A stretch of DNA of 64,000 nt from a phage: the sequence record PZ674596.1; one strand, written 5' to 3'. How positions within the stretch are numbered: position 1 is the first letter of the stretch; every line of letters starts with the position of its first letter. The notes below the pieces were generated by a model. That model ran no database searches. It was not told the origin of the DNA and saw only the letters and a program-made list of their open reading frames with translations. The position numbers and the translations under genes were made by a program. Below, piece by piece: positions 38,603 to 48,189 of this stretch.

Positions 38603-39108
38603 TGAGAGAGAAAATCAAGAACCCGGTCGTCGTATTGTATAAACGGGAAACCAGCGATTCTTATGCGGTATCCATCACTGATGGAAGCCAGAACATGCAC
38701 GATGGTCTGCTAATGGCCGCCGTATCTCCTGATGATTCGGACTACCCTTTCGCCACTTTCGCTATGGTTGGTTACTACATGGCTGCCGAAATTGAGAAGT
38801 TGCGGGCGCAGAGAGACGCATTAGCGGCGGAGAATGTGGCATTGCGATCTAAGGCTGCGGAACTGGCACATGAAGCGTCAAAAATTTACTCGGCATATAA
38901 CGCCACTATCACAGAGCCTGACGGGGATTTTATGGACATGCAGACATTGCATGAAATGCAGTGCATAGAAACTCCAGCCACCGACGCTTTTCTGGCTGAA
39001 GTACGTGCGCAGGGCGTGGAGATGTTTGCGGAGTGTGCATACACACTTGAACATCATGATCACGCATTAGCTTTTGCCGCCGAGCTACGTGAAGGAGGCA
39101 ACCAGTGA
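38602..39108 (+). CDS. hypothetical protein
   Basis: 168 aa; start overlaps upstream stop. Confidence 0.45.
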   Translation: MREKIKNPVVVLYKRETSDSYAVSITDGSQNMHDGLLMAAVSPDDSDYPFATFAMVGYYMAAEIEKLRAQRDALAAENVALRSKAAELAHEASKIYSAYNATITEPDGDFMDMQTLHEMQCIETPATDAFLAEVRAQGVEMFAECAYTLEHHDHALAFAAELREGGNQ

Positions 39109-39404
39109 CTGTATGTCTTATTGATAAACGTCGACGTGGGCAACAAATACCATCTGTTGAAATGCCGAATCACACATGGTTTTGCGTACTTGATATCGAT
39201 GGTATCGATACGTTGATCGACACTCGTCATTACTGCGAAACCGCAACAGCTACTCCTGCAAAAGCAAAGAAAATGGCTGCTCTGATAGAAAACTGGACTC
39301 CACCTGATGGTTGGTGCAATGGGAATGATCGAGATTGGCACGAAAAAATGAAGGGCTATATCTGCGATTTTTTACGTAAATGCAACGGATTCAGGGTGAT
39401 GTGA
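39105..39404 (+). CDS. hypothetical protein
   Basis: 99 aa; GTG start after GAAGGAGG. Confidence 0.4.
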   Translation: MTVCLIDKRRRGQQIPSVEMPNHTWFCVLDIDGIDTLIDTRHYCETATATPAKAKKMAALIENWTPPDGWCNGNDRDWHEKMKGYICDFLRKCNGFRVM

Positions 39405-39405
39405 T

Positions 39406-40098
39406 ATGACCAACATTAACTATCAGGCACTGCGTGAAAAGGCAGAAAAAGCAACGTGGGGAGACTGGGACTCATATAAACCACACCGTGGCGCACGTGG
39501 TTATAAGGTCCGACTAAGTGGTCAGGCCATTGCGCAACACGTTCTGAAAAACAACGCTGAATTTATTGCTGCCTTTAATCCAAAGGTTGCTTTGGCATTA
39601 CTGGATGAACTGGAAAGAAACCAGCAATACATCAAACGCCGTGACCAGGAGAACGAGGAAATTGCGCTAACGGTAGGGAGGCTTCGCGTTGAGCTGGAAG
39701 GCAAAGACAGCAAAATAGCCAATCTTACCGCCGAACGCGATGCTCTTCGTGAAGGTGAGATGGGCGACGCTAGGCATAGCAACACACGGGCCGCAGCTGA
39801 TATCTACTTCCAACTGGTCGAGGAGTGCGAAATTCCTGCTGGCGGTTCTCTGGTCGAGTACGTTGACGATATGCGCGAGAAGTTGGAAGCCGCAGAGAAG
39901 CGCATTGCAGAGTTAGAAAGTGGTTCTCAGGCACAAAAGTTAGTTGAAGCAATCATTGTTGCGATAGAAAACGAACAGGAAAGGCTTTTTGATGAAGATT
40001 ACCTAATGGATTCGAAAGAATGCATTGACGTAATTCGTGAAGAAGTAAAGCGATGGAATGATTCCCGTGCCGCTGGCATTCGCATCAAAGGAGAGTGA
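39406..40098 (+). CDS. hypothetical protein (paralogous C-terminal module)
   Basis: 230 aa; NTRAAADIYFQLVEECEIPAGGSLVEYV matches C-terminus of 36218..36922. Confidence 0.5.
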   Translation: MTNINYQALREKAEKATWGDWDSYKPHRGARGYKVRLSGQAIAQHVLKNNAEFIAAFNPKVALALLDELERNQQYIKRRDQENEEIALTVGRLRVELEGKDSKIANLTAERDALREGEMGDARHSNTRAAADIYFQLVEECEIPAGGSLVEYVDDMREKLEAAEKRIAELESGSQAQKLVEAIIVAIENEQERLFDEDYLMDSKECIDVIREEVKRWNDSRAAGIRIKGE

Positions 40099-40099
40099 T

Positions 40100-40363
40100 A
40101 TGGCAACTTTGACAAAAAAAGAACAAGCATGGTTGAGCGAATTACAGGACGTTCTTGATCGCTGCCCATCACCGAAAAAAATTGGTTTTTACACCATTGG
40201 CGATAAAAGCATTTACCTGTATGACCTGCGCCGCATGGATGAAATCATGGAGGCTCTTGATAATCGTTCGTCGATGGATTGGTGTGTTGCTGTCCATGAT
40301 ATGAATGCCGGATTTGATGAAAGGATTTTGTTCCCCTCGTCAGTTGAAAGCACTGCGGGTTAA
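40100..40363 (+). CDS. hypothetical protein
   Basis: 87 aa from ATG 40100 after AAAGGAGAG; table ORF extends into upstream gene. Confidence 0.4.
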   Translation: MATLTKKEQAWLSELQDVLDRCPSPKKIGFYTIGDKSIYLYDLRRMDEIMEALDNRSSMDWCVAVHDMNAGFDERILFPSSVESTAG

Positions 40364-40373
40364 GGAGTAACAC

Positions 40374-41213
40374 ATGACCACTATAACCGATAAGAAACAG
40401 TATCCAGGCGAGCAATATCTTAATGAGCTAATCACCAACATAGAGTTTGCTGCAAGGGCACCAGTTGAAGTCGTGAGAGCGATGGCAGCAGAGCTACAGA
40501 AGCGGCGCGAAGCTGATAGTGCAGAACCTGCAAGTAATCATGAAGAGTTGCCGCTTGATTATCTCCAAGGTCAAAAAGATGGTCTTGAATGGGCTGCGCA
40601 GCTTGCAGAAGCAAATCACCCACAAACTGGCGACTGGCTTTACGATGACCCGCTGGAGCTGGCTAAAGCTATCAGAAAAGGTCCTGACATGCCCGAATTC
40701 GATGGACCAACTCCGGTAACTCCGGATGGTTGGATAAGCTGTAGTGAGCGAATGCCTGTAATTGGCGAGCTAAATTGGAGAACTAGTTTTCCTTTACTGG
40801 TTATGTGTGAGATCGGCGTTATACCTGCTTATTACGGCTTTGTGAGCGTTAATGGTGATAGGCATTATGGCTTTATGGAGAGTCTTAAATACGGAGACGA
40901 TAACGGCAACCATCCTCAAACTAATGAATATGGTCTGATTAGCAATGTCACACACTGGATGCCACTACCAGAACGCCGCAGGAGTCGAACAGTGAATAAA
41001 GCAGAGTTATTTCAGAAAATATCGGCTCTCGCGACTGAATGTCACGCTATAGCATCTGAGCTTGATGTTGGCGGTGAACGAACCGAGATGTTCGAAATAT
41101 ACAGTGTGCTGCGCAATCTCTGTCGGCGTGGCTACGCTACTCAGGTAGGGCGAATGACTAACCCACTACTTTCATTCTGTGATGAGGATGACTCGGATGA
41201 GGATGACGAATGA
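40374..41213 (+). CDS. hypothetical protein with acidic C-terminal tail
   Basis: 279 aa; ends DEDDSDEDDE; central W..C..RMP / THWMPLP segment. Confidence 0.45.
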   Translation: MTTITDKKQYPGEQYLNELITNIEFAARAPVEVVRAMAAELQKRREADSAEPASNHEELPLDYLQGQKDGLEWAAQLAEANHPQTGDWLYDDPLELAKAIRKGPDMPEFDGPTPVTPDGWISCSERMPVIGELNWRTSFPLLVMCEIGVIPAYYGFVSVNGDRHYGFMESLKYGDDNGNHPQTNEYGLISNVTHWMPLPERRRSRTVNKAELFQKISALATECHAIASELDVGGERTEMFEIYSVLRNLCRRGYATQVGRMTNPLLSFCDEDDSDEDDE

Positions 41214-41593
41214 TGCATAAATCAGTAGCCGGTGAGCTTCAGAAGGAAGTCGATAATACCACTGATCTATTGGACGATATTTTAAGCATTCTCGCGCTGC
41301 TTGAGGCTGGTGATTGGTCAGAACATTGCACTAAAACAGAGCTAGGCGGTCGGCTTGAAAGAGAGATTACACGACTGATTAGCGATGCCCAAAATGATTT
41401 GTCACCTGAGCATCTCCCCTGCGATGTAGTTCTTGTGCCAGGGATGAGGATACACGAAGGCGTCAGAACGAAAACATTATTAACCGCATTACAGAGAAGA
41501 GCCGAACTAAGCTCGCGGATAAAGTTGATGCCATCCAAAATATTTGATGTCGTCAAATTTACGCCATCGCAACATACTGAGAGAGATAAATGA
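41210..41593 (+). CDS. hypothetical protein
   Basis: 127 aa; start overlaps upstream stop. Confidence 0.4.
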   Translation: MMHKSVAGELQKEVDNTTDLLDDILSILALLEAGDWSEHCTKTELGGRLEREITRLISDAQNDLSPEHLPCDVVLVPGMRIHEGVRTKTLLTALQRRAELSSRIKLMPSKIFDVVKFTPSQHTERDK

Positions 41594-42405
41594 GCACGGT
41601 AGCGAAAGATCTCACAGAAGATATTCTCAATGAAATTATTGCTGGTGCAAATACCTCGCTTGAGCAACTTCTTGCGTTAGCACTGAGAGCCGAACGTCGA
41701 GACAGAAATCGTTTTTATGAGCGATTACCAGGGAAGCGACCAGATAGATCGGATGAAGAAGGTTGCGATATAGACTACATGGAGCCTTCAGAGATTTATC
41801 AACTTGGTAAAGATGACGGCTGGAACGCTTATCACGATGCTGTGATGAAGTTGGATGAAAAAGTTAAACCTCTTTCTCGACCGGTAGATCACGGTTTCCG
41901 CGATAACTGCGAATGCTCTAGTTGCCAGACCACGGCCCGTATTTGTTCCGAATTGACAGATAAGTCCAGCCTAATCTACGAAGTTAATGTAGGCGGTAAT
42001 ACATGGGTCGAATGCACAAGAGCTGCATACGTAAGAGCAAAAGACAAGGGTGAATTAACCAGAGTTGTTACCCATCACCCAAATAATGAGCTTAAAGATC
42101 ACCAGATTAGAGAACTGGTGAACGAGTTGCGGGATATTGCGGTTACGTATCACGGAACGCAGCAATTGCGGGAGAAAATTGCCAGAGCAGTGAACAACTC
42201 GCTCAAAGGTGGACAATCCCAACCGAAACGTATACGAATTACACATATAGGTGAAAACGGAACAGAAATCCCCCAATTTTCTGTTGGGGACATCTTTGAT
42301 GTACATGGAGAAGAGTTTGGCGAGCCTCACATCACTATGCCTAGTGGCCATGTTTATTGGCTAAGAGCTATGGAGAAATATGGTGATAAATGGGAAGTGT
42401 TATGA
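41590..42405 (+). CDS. hypothetical protein with Cys-rich motif
   Basis: 271 aa; CECSSCQ..C motif; overlaps next gene start. Confidence 0.45.
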   Translation: MSTVAKDLTEDILNEIIAGANTSLEQLLALALRAERRDRNRFYERLPGKRPDRSDEEGCDIDYMEPSEIYQLGKDDGWNAYHDAVMKLDEKVKPLSRPVDHGFRDNCECSSCQTTARICSELTDKSSLIYEVNVGGNTWVECTRAAYVRAKDKGELTRVVTHHPNNELKDHQIRELVNELRDIAVTYHGTQQLREKIARAVNNSLKGGQSQPKRIRITHIGENGTEIPQFSVGDIFDVHGEEFGEPHITMPSGHVYWLRAMEKYGDKWEVL

Positions 42406-42418
42406 GGGATGCGAAGTT

Positions 42419-42943
42419 ATGACTAAATTTGGAAAGCTGGAAGCTCATTTGCTAACTCGTAACTACCGCCATGATGTGCATCCATATAGACAGTGGATCG
42501 ATGAAAGCGAAGGAGTTGTTACATTCCCTCTATACAGGTTTGATGGGATGTTGGCCGGGTATCAGACATACAGACCAGGCGCTCCTAAGCAGCATAGCAA
42601 TCCGAAGATGGCCCGGTATTTCACACGAGCGCACGGCAGACAGCTACTATGGGGAACCTATCTTCCTTTAAAAGATGGACCGATATGGATAACTGAGTCG
42701 ATTTTTAAAAGTGCAGCAGTGCACAACGCGGGCGGAAATTCGTGGGCGCTGTTAGGTTCGACTTTCTCAGCAGGATTACGTCGTCAACTGGCAATGCTGC
42801 CGTATGACTTTCGCGTAATAGGTGACAATGATGCGGCTGGTGAATCACTTGTGAAGTCTTTCGGAAAAGGTTTTGTGGCCCCGGATCTTGACGAGCTACA
42901 ACCAAATGAAGTGTCTCATTTGATTTTTAGCCATAGCCAATAA
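42419..42943 (+). CDS. Toprim-like domain protein (tentative)
   Basis: 174 aa from ATG 42419; acidic motifs ITESIF and GDNDAAGE spaced like Toprim E and DxD. Confidence 0.4.
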   Translation: MTKFGKLEAHLLTRNYRHDVHPYRQWIDESEGVVTFPLYRFDGMLAGYQTYRPGAPKQHSNPKMARYFTRAHGRQLLWGTYLPLKDGPIWITESIFKSAAVHNAGGNSWALLGSTFSAGLRRQLAMLPYDFRVIGDNDAAGESLVKSFGKGFVAPDLDELQPNEVSHLIFSHSQ

Positions 42944-42959
42944 GCATCCCTTCTCCATT

Positions 42960-43022
42960 AAGGCCACTAGTTGTGGCCTTAAACAATTTGTTTTCTACCT
43001 TTTCTTGTTCGAGAAAATAACG
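42960..43022 (+). promoter_or_regulatory. conserved terminator-promoter cassette
   Basis: AAGGCCACTAGTTGTGGCCTT followed by AAACAATTTGTTTTCTACCTTTTCTTGTTCGAGAAAATAAC. Confidence 0.55.
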
Positions 43023-43079
43023 TTCATTTGTCTGGTGCTATGTACCGATCAGTTGCACTGAGTGAGCTTCTTTCATGTA

Positions 43080-43099
43080 TACTGTATAAATGAACAGTA
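43080..43099 (+). promoter_or_regulatory. LexA (SOS) box upstream of humD-like gene
   Basis: TACTGTATAAATGAACAGTA fits CTGT-N8-ACAG; 17 nt upstream of ATG 43116. Confidence 0.7.
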
Positions 43100-43115
43100 T
43101 TGAGGGCAAAACGCT

Positions 43116-43505
43116 ATGGGCTTCCCTTCTCCTGCGGCGGATTATGCTGAGAGCCGTATTTCTCTTGATCAGCAGATAATTAGACATCCTTCAGCGACCT
43201 ACTTCATGAGAGCGGCTGACAGCCATCATCGTGAGGGAATATTGCAGGGCGCATTGCTGGTGGTCGATTCCTCACTTACCCCGGTTGATGGTTCTCTGCT
43301 TGTATGCGCTCTGGATGGGGAATATCGCGTAAAAAGATACCGGAAGTATCCACGTCAGCATCTGGAGGATTTAAGAACTGGTAAGAAGGAAGCATTGCCA
43401 AAGGATGACGATGGATGCACGGGCAGCAATGCCGTGTTTGGTGTGATCACTCACATTATCAACGACGCAAGAAGTGGCGAGTTTGATGATTGTCCCGTGA
43501 TGTAG
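43116..43505 (+). CDS. humD: UmuD'-like protein lacking the N-terminal arm (HumD-like)
   Basis: 129 aa beginning MGFPSPAADY, i.e. at the UmuD Cys24-Gly25 processing site; Ser and Lys of the catalytic dyad alignable (ADSH; VKR); P1 HumD has the same form. Confidence 0.75.
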   Translation: MGFPSPAADYAESRISLDQQIIRHPSATYFMRAADSHHREGILQGALLVVDSSLTPVDGSLLVCALDGEYRVKRYRKYPRQHLEDLRTGKKEALPKDDDGCTGSNAVFGVITHIINDARSGEFDDCPVM

Positions 43506-43516
43506 GAGAACTGATT

Positions 43517-43542
43517 AGGCGGTGCATTGCACCGCCTTTTTA
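43517..43542 (+). terminator. Rho-independent terminator between convergent humD and mrp
   Basis: AGGCGGTGCA-tt-GCACCGCCT followed by TTTTT. Confidence 0.7.
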
Positions 43543-44643
43543 TCACACTGCGCGGAATGCGATTTCGCCAGGTATTACTTCACCTTGCCAATACATTTGG
43601 GCAGCAACGCGATCTGCGAGGTCACGATAAATAGCTGTAAATTCGCTATCTGGACGACTAATAACGGTTGGTGTTCCGTTATCCAGATCTTCACGAAGAG
43701 AGATATGAAGTGGCATTTGGCCTAACAACTGCGTGTTGTATTTCTCGGCCAGTTTCTGTGCGCCACCGGTGCCAAAAATTGGCTCGTGATGACCGCAGTT
43801 ACTGCAAATATGCACACTCATGTTTTCAACGATACCCAGTACCGGCACTTCGACTTTTTCGAACATCACAATGCCTTTCTTCGCATCGATCAGCGCGATG
43901 TCTTGCGGCGTAGTTACCACAACCGCACCAGTTACAGGAATGTTCTGCGCCAGCGTCAACTGAATATCACCAGTGCCCGGCGGCATATCGAGAACAAGAT
44001 AGTCCAGATCAGGCCACAATGTTTCCTGCAACATCTGCATTAACGCCTTGCTCGCCATCGGTCCACGCCACACCATTGCATTGTCGTCGGTGACCAGATA
44101 ACCAATAGAGTTGGTTGCCAGGCCATGAGACATGATAGGTGCCATGTGAGTACCGTCAGGTGAGGTTGGACGTTGGTTTTCCGCGCCCAGCATGGTTGGA
44201 ATTGATGGACCATAGATATCGGCATCCAAAATACCAACTTTCGCACCTTCAGCAGCCAACGCCAGTGCCAGGTTTACCGCCGTGGAGGATTTACCCACGC
44301 CGCCCTTGCCTGAGCTGACGGCGATAATGTTCTTAACGCCATTAATGCCTGGTTGGTTTTTGACGCGCTTAAGCGTGGCAATGTTGTACGACAGCTTCCA
44401 GTCAATAGCCTTTGCGCCAGTGATACGGAGCAGATCACCACTACATTGCTCTTTCAGGTCTTCAAAAGGCTTATTCCACACGAAAGGCATGATTAGTTCG
44501 ACATGCAGTGTGTCATCCATCAACGCAACATGGTGTAACGCTTTAAGCGTAGTCAGGTTGTGTTTCAGGGTTGGGTGCTGAAAATTAGCCAGCGTACCGG
44601 CTACCATTGCTCTCAGGGCATCCGGCGATTTGGACTCGCTCAT
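43543..44643 (-). CDS. mrp: Fe-S cluster carrier ATPase Mrp/ApbC (host-type)
   Basis: 366 aa; deviant Walker A SGKGGVGKSS; matches my recollection of enterobacterial Mrp. Confidence 0.9.
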   Translation of the reverse strand: MSESKSPDALRAMVAGTLANFQHPTLKHNLTTLKALHHVALMDDTLHVELIMPFVWNKPFEDLKEQCSGDLLRITGAKAIDWKLSYNIATLKRVKNQPGINGVKNIIAVSSGKGGVGKSSTAVNLALALAAEGAKVGILDADIYGPSIPTMLGAENQRPTSPDGTHMAPIMSHGLATNSIGYLVTDDNAMVWRGPMASKALMQMLQETLWPDLDYLVLDMPPGTGDIQLTLAQNIPVTGAVVVTTPQDIALIDAKKGIVMFEKVEVPVLGIVENMSVHICSNCGHHEPIFGTGGAQKLAEKYNTQLLGQMPLHISLREDLDNGTPTVISRPDSEFTAIYRDLADRVAAQMYWQGEVIPGEIAFRAV

Positions 44644-44800
44644 CCCGTCTCCTTTATTTTAATTTGCGCAATTGTCGCCTTGTAGTGTACTCCAGCTACG
44701 ACATTTAATCATTTATGAGAAATGCTGTTATCACATGGCAGACATAAGGCCATTTTGTTACTATCAAGCCCCTTTTCACTACAAAGAAGTAATGCCTACT

Positions 44801-46834
44801 ATGACCCAAGTCGCGAAGAAAATTCTGGTGACGTGCGCGCTGCCGTACGCTAACGGCTCAATCCACCTCGGCCATATGCTGGAGCACATCCAGGCTGATG
44901 TCTGGGTTCGTTACCAGCGAATGCGCGGCCACGAGGTTAATTTCATCTGTGCCGACGATGCCCACGGTACGCCGATCATGTTGAAAGCACAGCAGCTTGG
45001 TATCACACCGGAGCAGATGATTGGCGAAATGAGTCAGGAACATCAGACTGATTTCGCAGGCTTTAACATCAGCTATGACAACTATCACTCGACGCACAGC
45101 GAAGAGAACCGTCAGTTGTCCGAGCTTATCTATACTCGCCTGAAAGAGAACGGTTTTATTAAAAACCGCACCATCTCTCAGCTGTACGACCCGGAAAAAG
45201 GCATGTTCCTGCCGGACCGTTTTGTAAAAGGCACATGCCCGAAATGTAAAGCGCCGGATCAATACGGCGATAACTGTGAAGTCTGCGGCGCTACTTACAG
45301 CCCGACTGAACTGATCGAGCCGAAATCGGTAGTTTCTGGTGCTACGCCGGTAATGCGTGATTCCGAACACTTCTTCTTTGATCTGCCTTCTTTCAGCGAA
45401 ATGTTGCAGGCATGGACCCGCAGCGGTGCGTTGCAGGAGCAGGTGGCAAACAAAATGCAGGAGTGGTTTGAATCTGGCCTGCAACAGTGGGATATCTCCC
45501 GCGATGCGCCGTACTTCGGTTTTGAAATTCCGAACGCACCGGGCAAATATTTCTACGTCTGGCTGGACGCGCCGATTGGCTACATGGGTTCCTTCAAGAA
45601 TCTGTGCGACAAACGCGGCGACACTACCAGCTTCGACGAATACTGGAAGAAAGACTCCACCGCCGAGCTGTACCACTTCATCGGTAAAGATATCGTTTAC
45701 TTCCACAGCCTGTTCTGGCCTGCCATGCTGGAAGGCAGCAACTTCCGCAAGCCGACCAACCTGTTTGTTCACGGCTATGTGACGGTGAACGGCGCGAAGA
45801 TGTCCAAGTCTCGCGGCACCTTTATTAAAGCCAGCACCTGGCTGAATCATTTTGACGCCGACAGCCTGCGTTACTACTACACTGCGAAACTCTCTTCGCG
45901 CATTGATGATATCGATCTCAATCTGGAAGATTTCGTTCAGCGTGTGAATGCCGATATCGTTAACAAAGTGGTTAACCTGGCCTCCCGTAATGCAGGCTTT
46001 ATCAACAAGCGTTTTGACGGCGTGCTGGCAAGCGAACTGGCTGACCCGCAACTGTACAAAACCTTTACTGATGCCGCTGAAGTGATTGGCGAAGCATGGG
46101 AAAGCCGCGAATTTGGCAAAGCTATCCGTGAAATCATGGCACTGGCTGACCTGGCTAACCGCTATGTTGATGAACAGGCTCCGTGGGTGGTGGCGAAGCA
46201 GGAAGGACGCGATGCCGATCTGCAGGCGATTTGCTCTATGGGCATTAACCTGTTCCGCGTGCTGATGACGTACCTGAAACCGGTACTGCCGAAACTGACT
46301 GAACGTGCAGAAGCATTCCTGAATACAGAACTGACCTGGGATGGTATCCAGCAACCGCTGCTGGGCCATAAAGTGAATCCGTTCAAGGCACTGTATAACC
46401 GTATCGATATGAAACAGGTGGAAGCACTGGTGGAAGCATCCAAAGAAGAAGTGAAAGCCACAGCTGCACCGGTAACTGGCCCACTGGCTGACGACCCGAT
46501 TCAGGAAACCATCACCTTTGACGACTTCGCCAAAGTTGACCTGCGTGTGGCGCTGATTGAAAACGCGGAGTTTGTCGAAGGTTCTGACAAACTGCTTCGC
46601 CTGACGCTGGATCTCGGTGGTGAAAAGCGTAATGTCTTCTCAGGCATCCGTTCCGCTTATCCAGATCCACAGGCACTGATTGGTCGTCACACCATTATGG
46701 TGGCTAACCTGGCACCACGTAAAATGCGCTTCGGTATCTCTGAAGGCATGGTGATGGCTGCTGGCCCCGGCGGGAAAGATATCTTCCTGTTAAGCCCGGA
46801 TGCTGGTGCTAAACCTGGCCACCAGGTTAAGTAA
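44801..46834 (+). CDS. metG: methionyl-tRNA synthetase (host-type)
   Basis: 677 aa from ATG 44801 (table ORF has spurious 43-aa extension); [16 protein letters not shown], Zn knuckle CPKCK..CEVCG; near-identical to enterobacterial MetG as I recall it. Confidence 0.95.
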   Translation: MTQVAKKILVTCALPYANGSIHLGHMLEHIQADVWVRYQRMRGHEVNFICADDAHGTPIMLKAQQLGITPEQMIGEMSQEHQTDFAGFNISYDNYHSTHSEENRQLSELIYTRLKENGFIKNRTISQLYDPEKGMFLPDRFVKGTCPKCKAPDQYGDNCEVCGATYSPTELIEPKSVVSGATPVMRDSEHFFFDLPSFSEMLQAWTRSGALQEQVANKMQEWFESGLQQWDISRDAPYFGFEIPNAPGKYFYVWLDAPIGYMGSFKNLCDKRGDTTSFDEYWKKDSTAELYHFIGKDIVYFHSLFWPAMLEGSNFRKPTNLFVHGYVTVNGAKMSKSRGTFIKASTWLNHFDADSLRYYYTAKLSSRIDDIDLNLEDFVQRVNADIVNKVVNLASRNAGFINKRFDGVLASELADPQLYKTFTDAAEVIGEAWESREFGKAIREIMALADLANRYVDEQAPWVVAKQEGRDADLQAICSMGINLFRVLMTYLKPVLPKLTERAEAFLNTELTWDGIQQPLLGHKVNPFKALYNRIDMKQVEALVEASKEEVKATAAPVTGPLADDPIQETITFDDFAKVDLRVALIENAEFVEGSDKLLRLTLDLGGEKRNVFSGIRSAYPDPQALIGRHTIMVANLAPRKMRFGISEGMVMAAGPGGKDIFLLSPDAGAKPGHQVK

Positions 46835-46856
46835 TTAAACAACCTCTCTTCGCAAT

Positions 46857-46880
46857 GCCCGGCAACACGCCGGGCATTTT
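46857..46880 (+). terminator. Rho-independent terminator after metG
   Basis: GCCCGGC-aacac-GCCGGGC followed by ATTTT. Confidence 0.7.
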
Positions 46881-46995
46881 CATATAGACACAATCCCTCC
46901 TGATTTACACAAGCCCTAAAACAATTTGTTTTCTACCTTTTGTTGATTGAGATAATAAGCCACATAAGAAAACAACTTGTTTTGGAGTAGTTGAA

Positions 46996-47295
46996 ATGTT
47001 GAACATTACCCAAGCCTACCAGGTGGCATTGATCAGTTCATCTCATACATCAGAGGAAGATGCTCGCCGATTCATGATCGCAAGCAATGAGCTGGATTGG
47101 GTTTCACAAATTGATGGCGGTTGTATTGTTCACGCCGGGTTACAGGATGATGTCTGGAAAGACGACTTGCGTCGATATGGTATATCCGAAGGCGCGATTG
47201 CTAACATTCAGAAAGTACTTGATGTAGGCTTTGACTCTGTACATTTTGATTGTGGAGCACCAGTCGTTGAAGGGCTTGAGTGCTGGAACTGGTAA
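46996..47295 (+). CDS. hypothetical protein
   Basis: 99 aa; preceded by AAAACAACTTGTTTT palindrome and GGAG. Confidence 0.45.
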   Translation: MLNITQAYQVALISSSHTSEEDARRFMIASNELDWVSQIDGGCIVHAGLQDDVWKDDLRRYGISEGAIANIQKVLDVGFDSVHFDCGAPVVEGLECWNW

Positions 47296-47340
47296 CAGAT
47301 ATTAAAGCATTGGTAGTTTGTTTTTAGGATTATCAAAGAA

Positions 47341-48075
47341 ATGAAAAAGTTGAAAAGTTTAGAAATCCCTGGGACTGGTTATAAATTCTTTATGGACAAC
47401 GCGGAGTGTGCGCCTAACGCGTTGGAAAAAATACAAAGTCTTATCAACAGCCTTACTGAAGAAGCGAAAGAACTGAAGAGCGAGGCGACAAAGGACAATA
47501 CAGCTAAAATCCAATGCTTAAATCTCGTTTCTTATTGTTTATATCAAGTGTCCAAAACACTGATTAAAGGCAATATCTATTACGACGATGAAGACACCTC
47601 GACACCTGAAGAAAAAGATAGCGATGAAGAACTCTATGAAGATATCTCTACCAGTGCGGGTCACGCTGCCTTCGATGCTATGGGTGAATCGTCAGGCATC
47701 AGATCGTTTGTTGAACAGAACAATTCGACAATAATGATTGAGTACTGTGAACAAACAAGCTCCAAGGCCATACATGTTCTTCACGATGTTGCTGCAGGGG
47801 TTCGCTGTGAGGCTGAAGCGGTCAGAAAAGATGTATTTGGTGCAGACAGTAATACCGTGAAAGCGTTCATCAACAGTGCTCTGCTAAATTCTTACTCAAA
47901 CCTTATCGTCAATGCGGCACTATGCGCAAATTCAGGTGAAGAACACATTGTCATAACTGAAACCAAACATGAGCATCAACAGTCACCAACCATAGAAGAG
48001 GTAACTGCATTGGCTATCAAACAGGCGAGTGAAATTAGTGATGAAATTCTCTCTCTGCTAAACAAAACTATGTAA
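47341..48075 (+). CDS. hypothetical protein
   Basis: 244 aa; acidic central region. Confidence 0.5.
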   Translation: MKKLKSLEIPGTGYKFFMDNAECAPNALEKIQSLINSLTEEAKELKSEATKDNTAKIQCLNLVSYCLYQVSKTLIKGNIYYDDEDTSTPEEKDSDEELYEDISTSAGHAAFDAMGESSGIRSFVEQNNSTIMIEYCEQTSSKAIHVLHDVAAGVRCEAEAVRKDVFGADSNTVKAFINSALLNSYSNLIVNAALCANSGEEHIVITETKHEHQQSPTIEEVTALAIKQASEISDEILSLLNKTM

Positions 48076-48189
48076 AACATTGATAATGGCGGTCAAAATT
48101 TGATTCTTTTCTATAAGAATCCGTTGATCGCCACTACTCCCCTTCCATACCTGCAATCATACCCTTAAATATCAATAGGTTATGGTTGT

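Noticed and set aside
44672-44800. N-terminal 43-aa extension of the table metG ORF
   Set aside because: True MetG begins at MTQVAKK (ATG 44801); the extension is read-through of the mrp-metG intergenic promoter region.
44858-46369. 503-aa minus-strand ORF
   Set aside because: Antisense to metG; a long antisense frame in a GC-balanced gene, not a separate gene.
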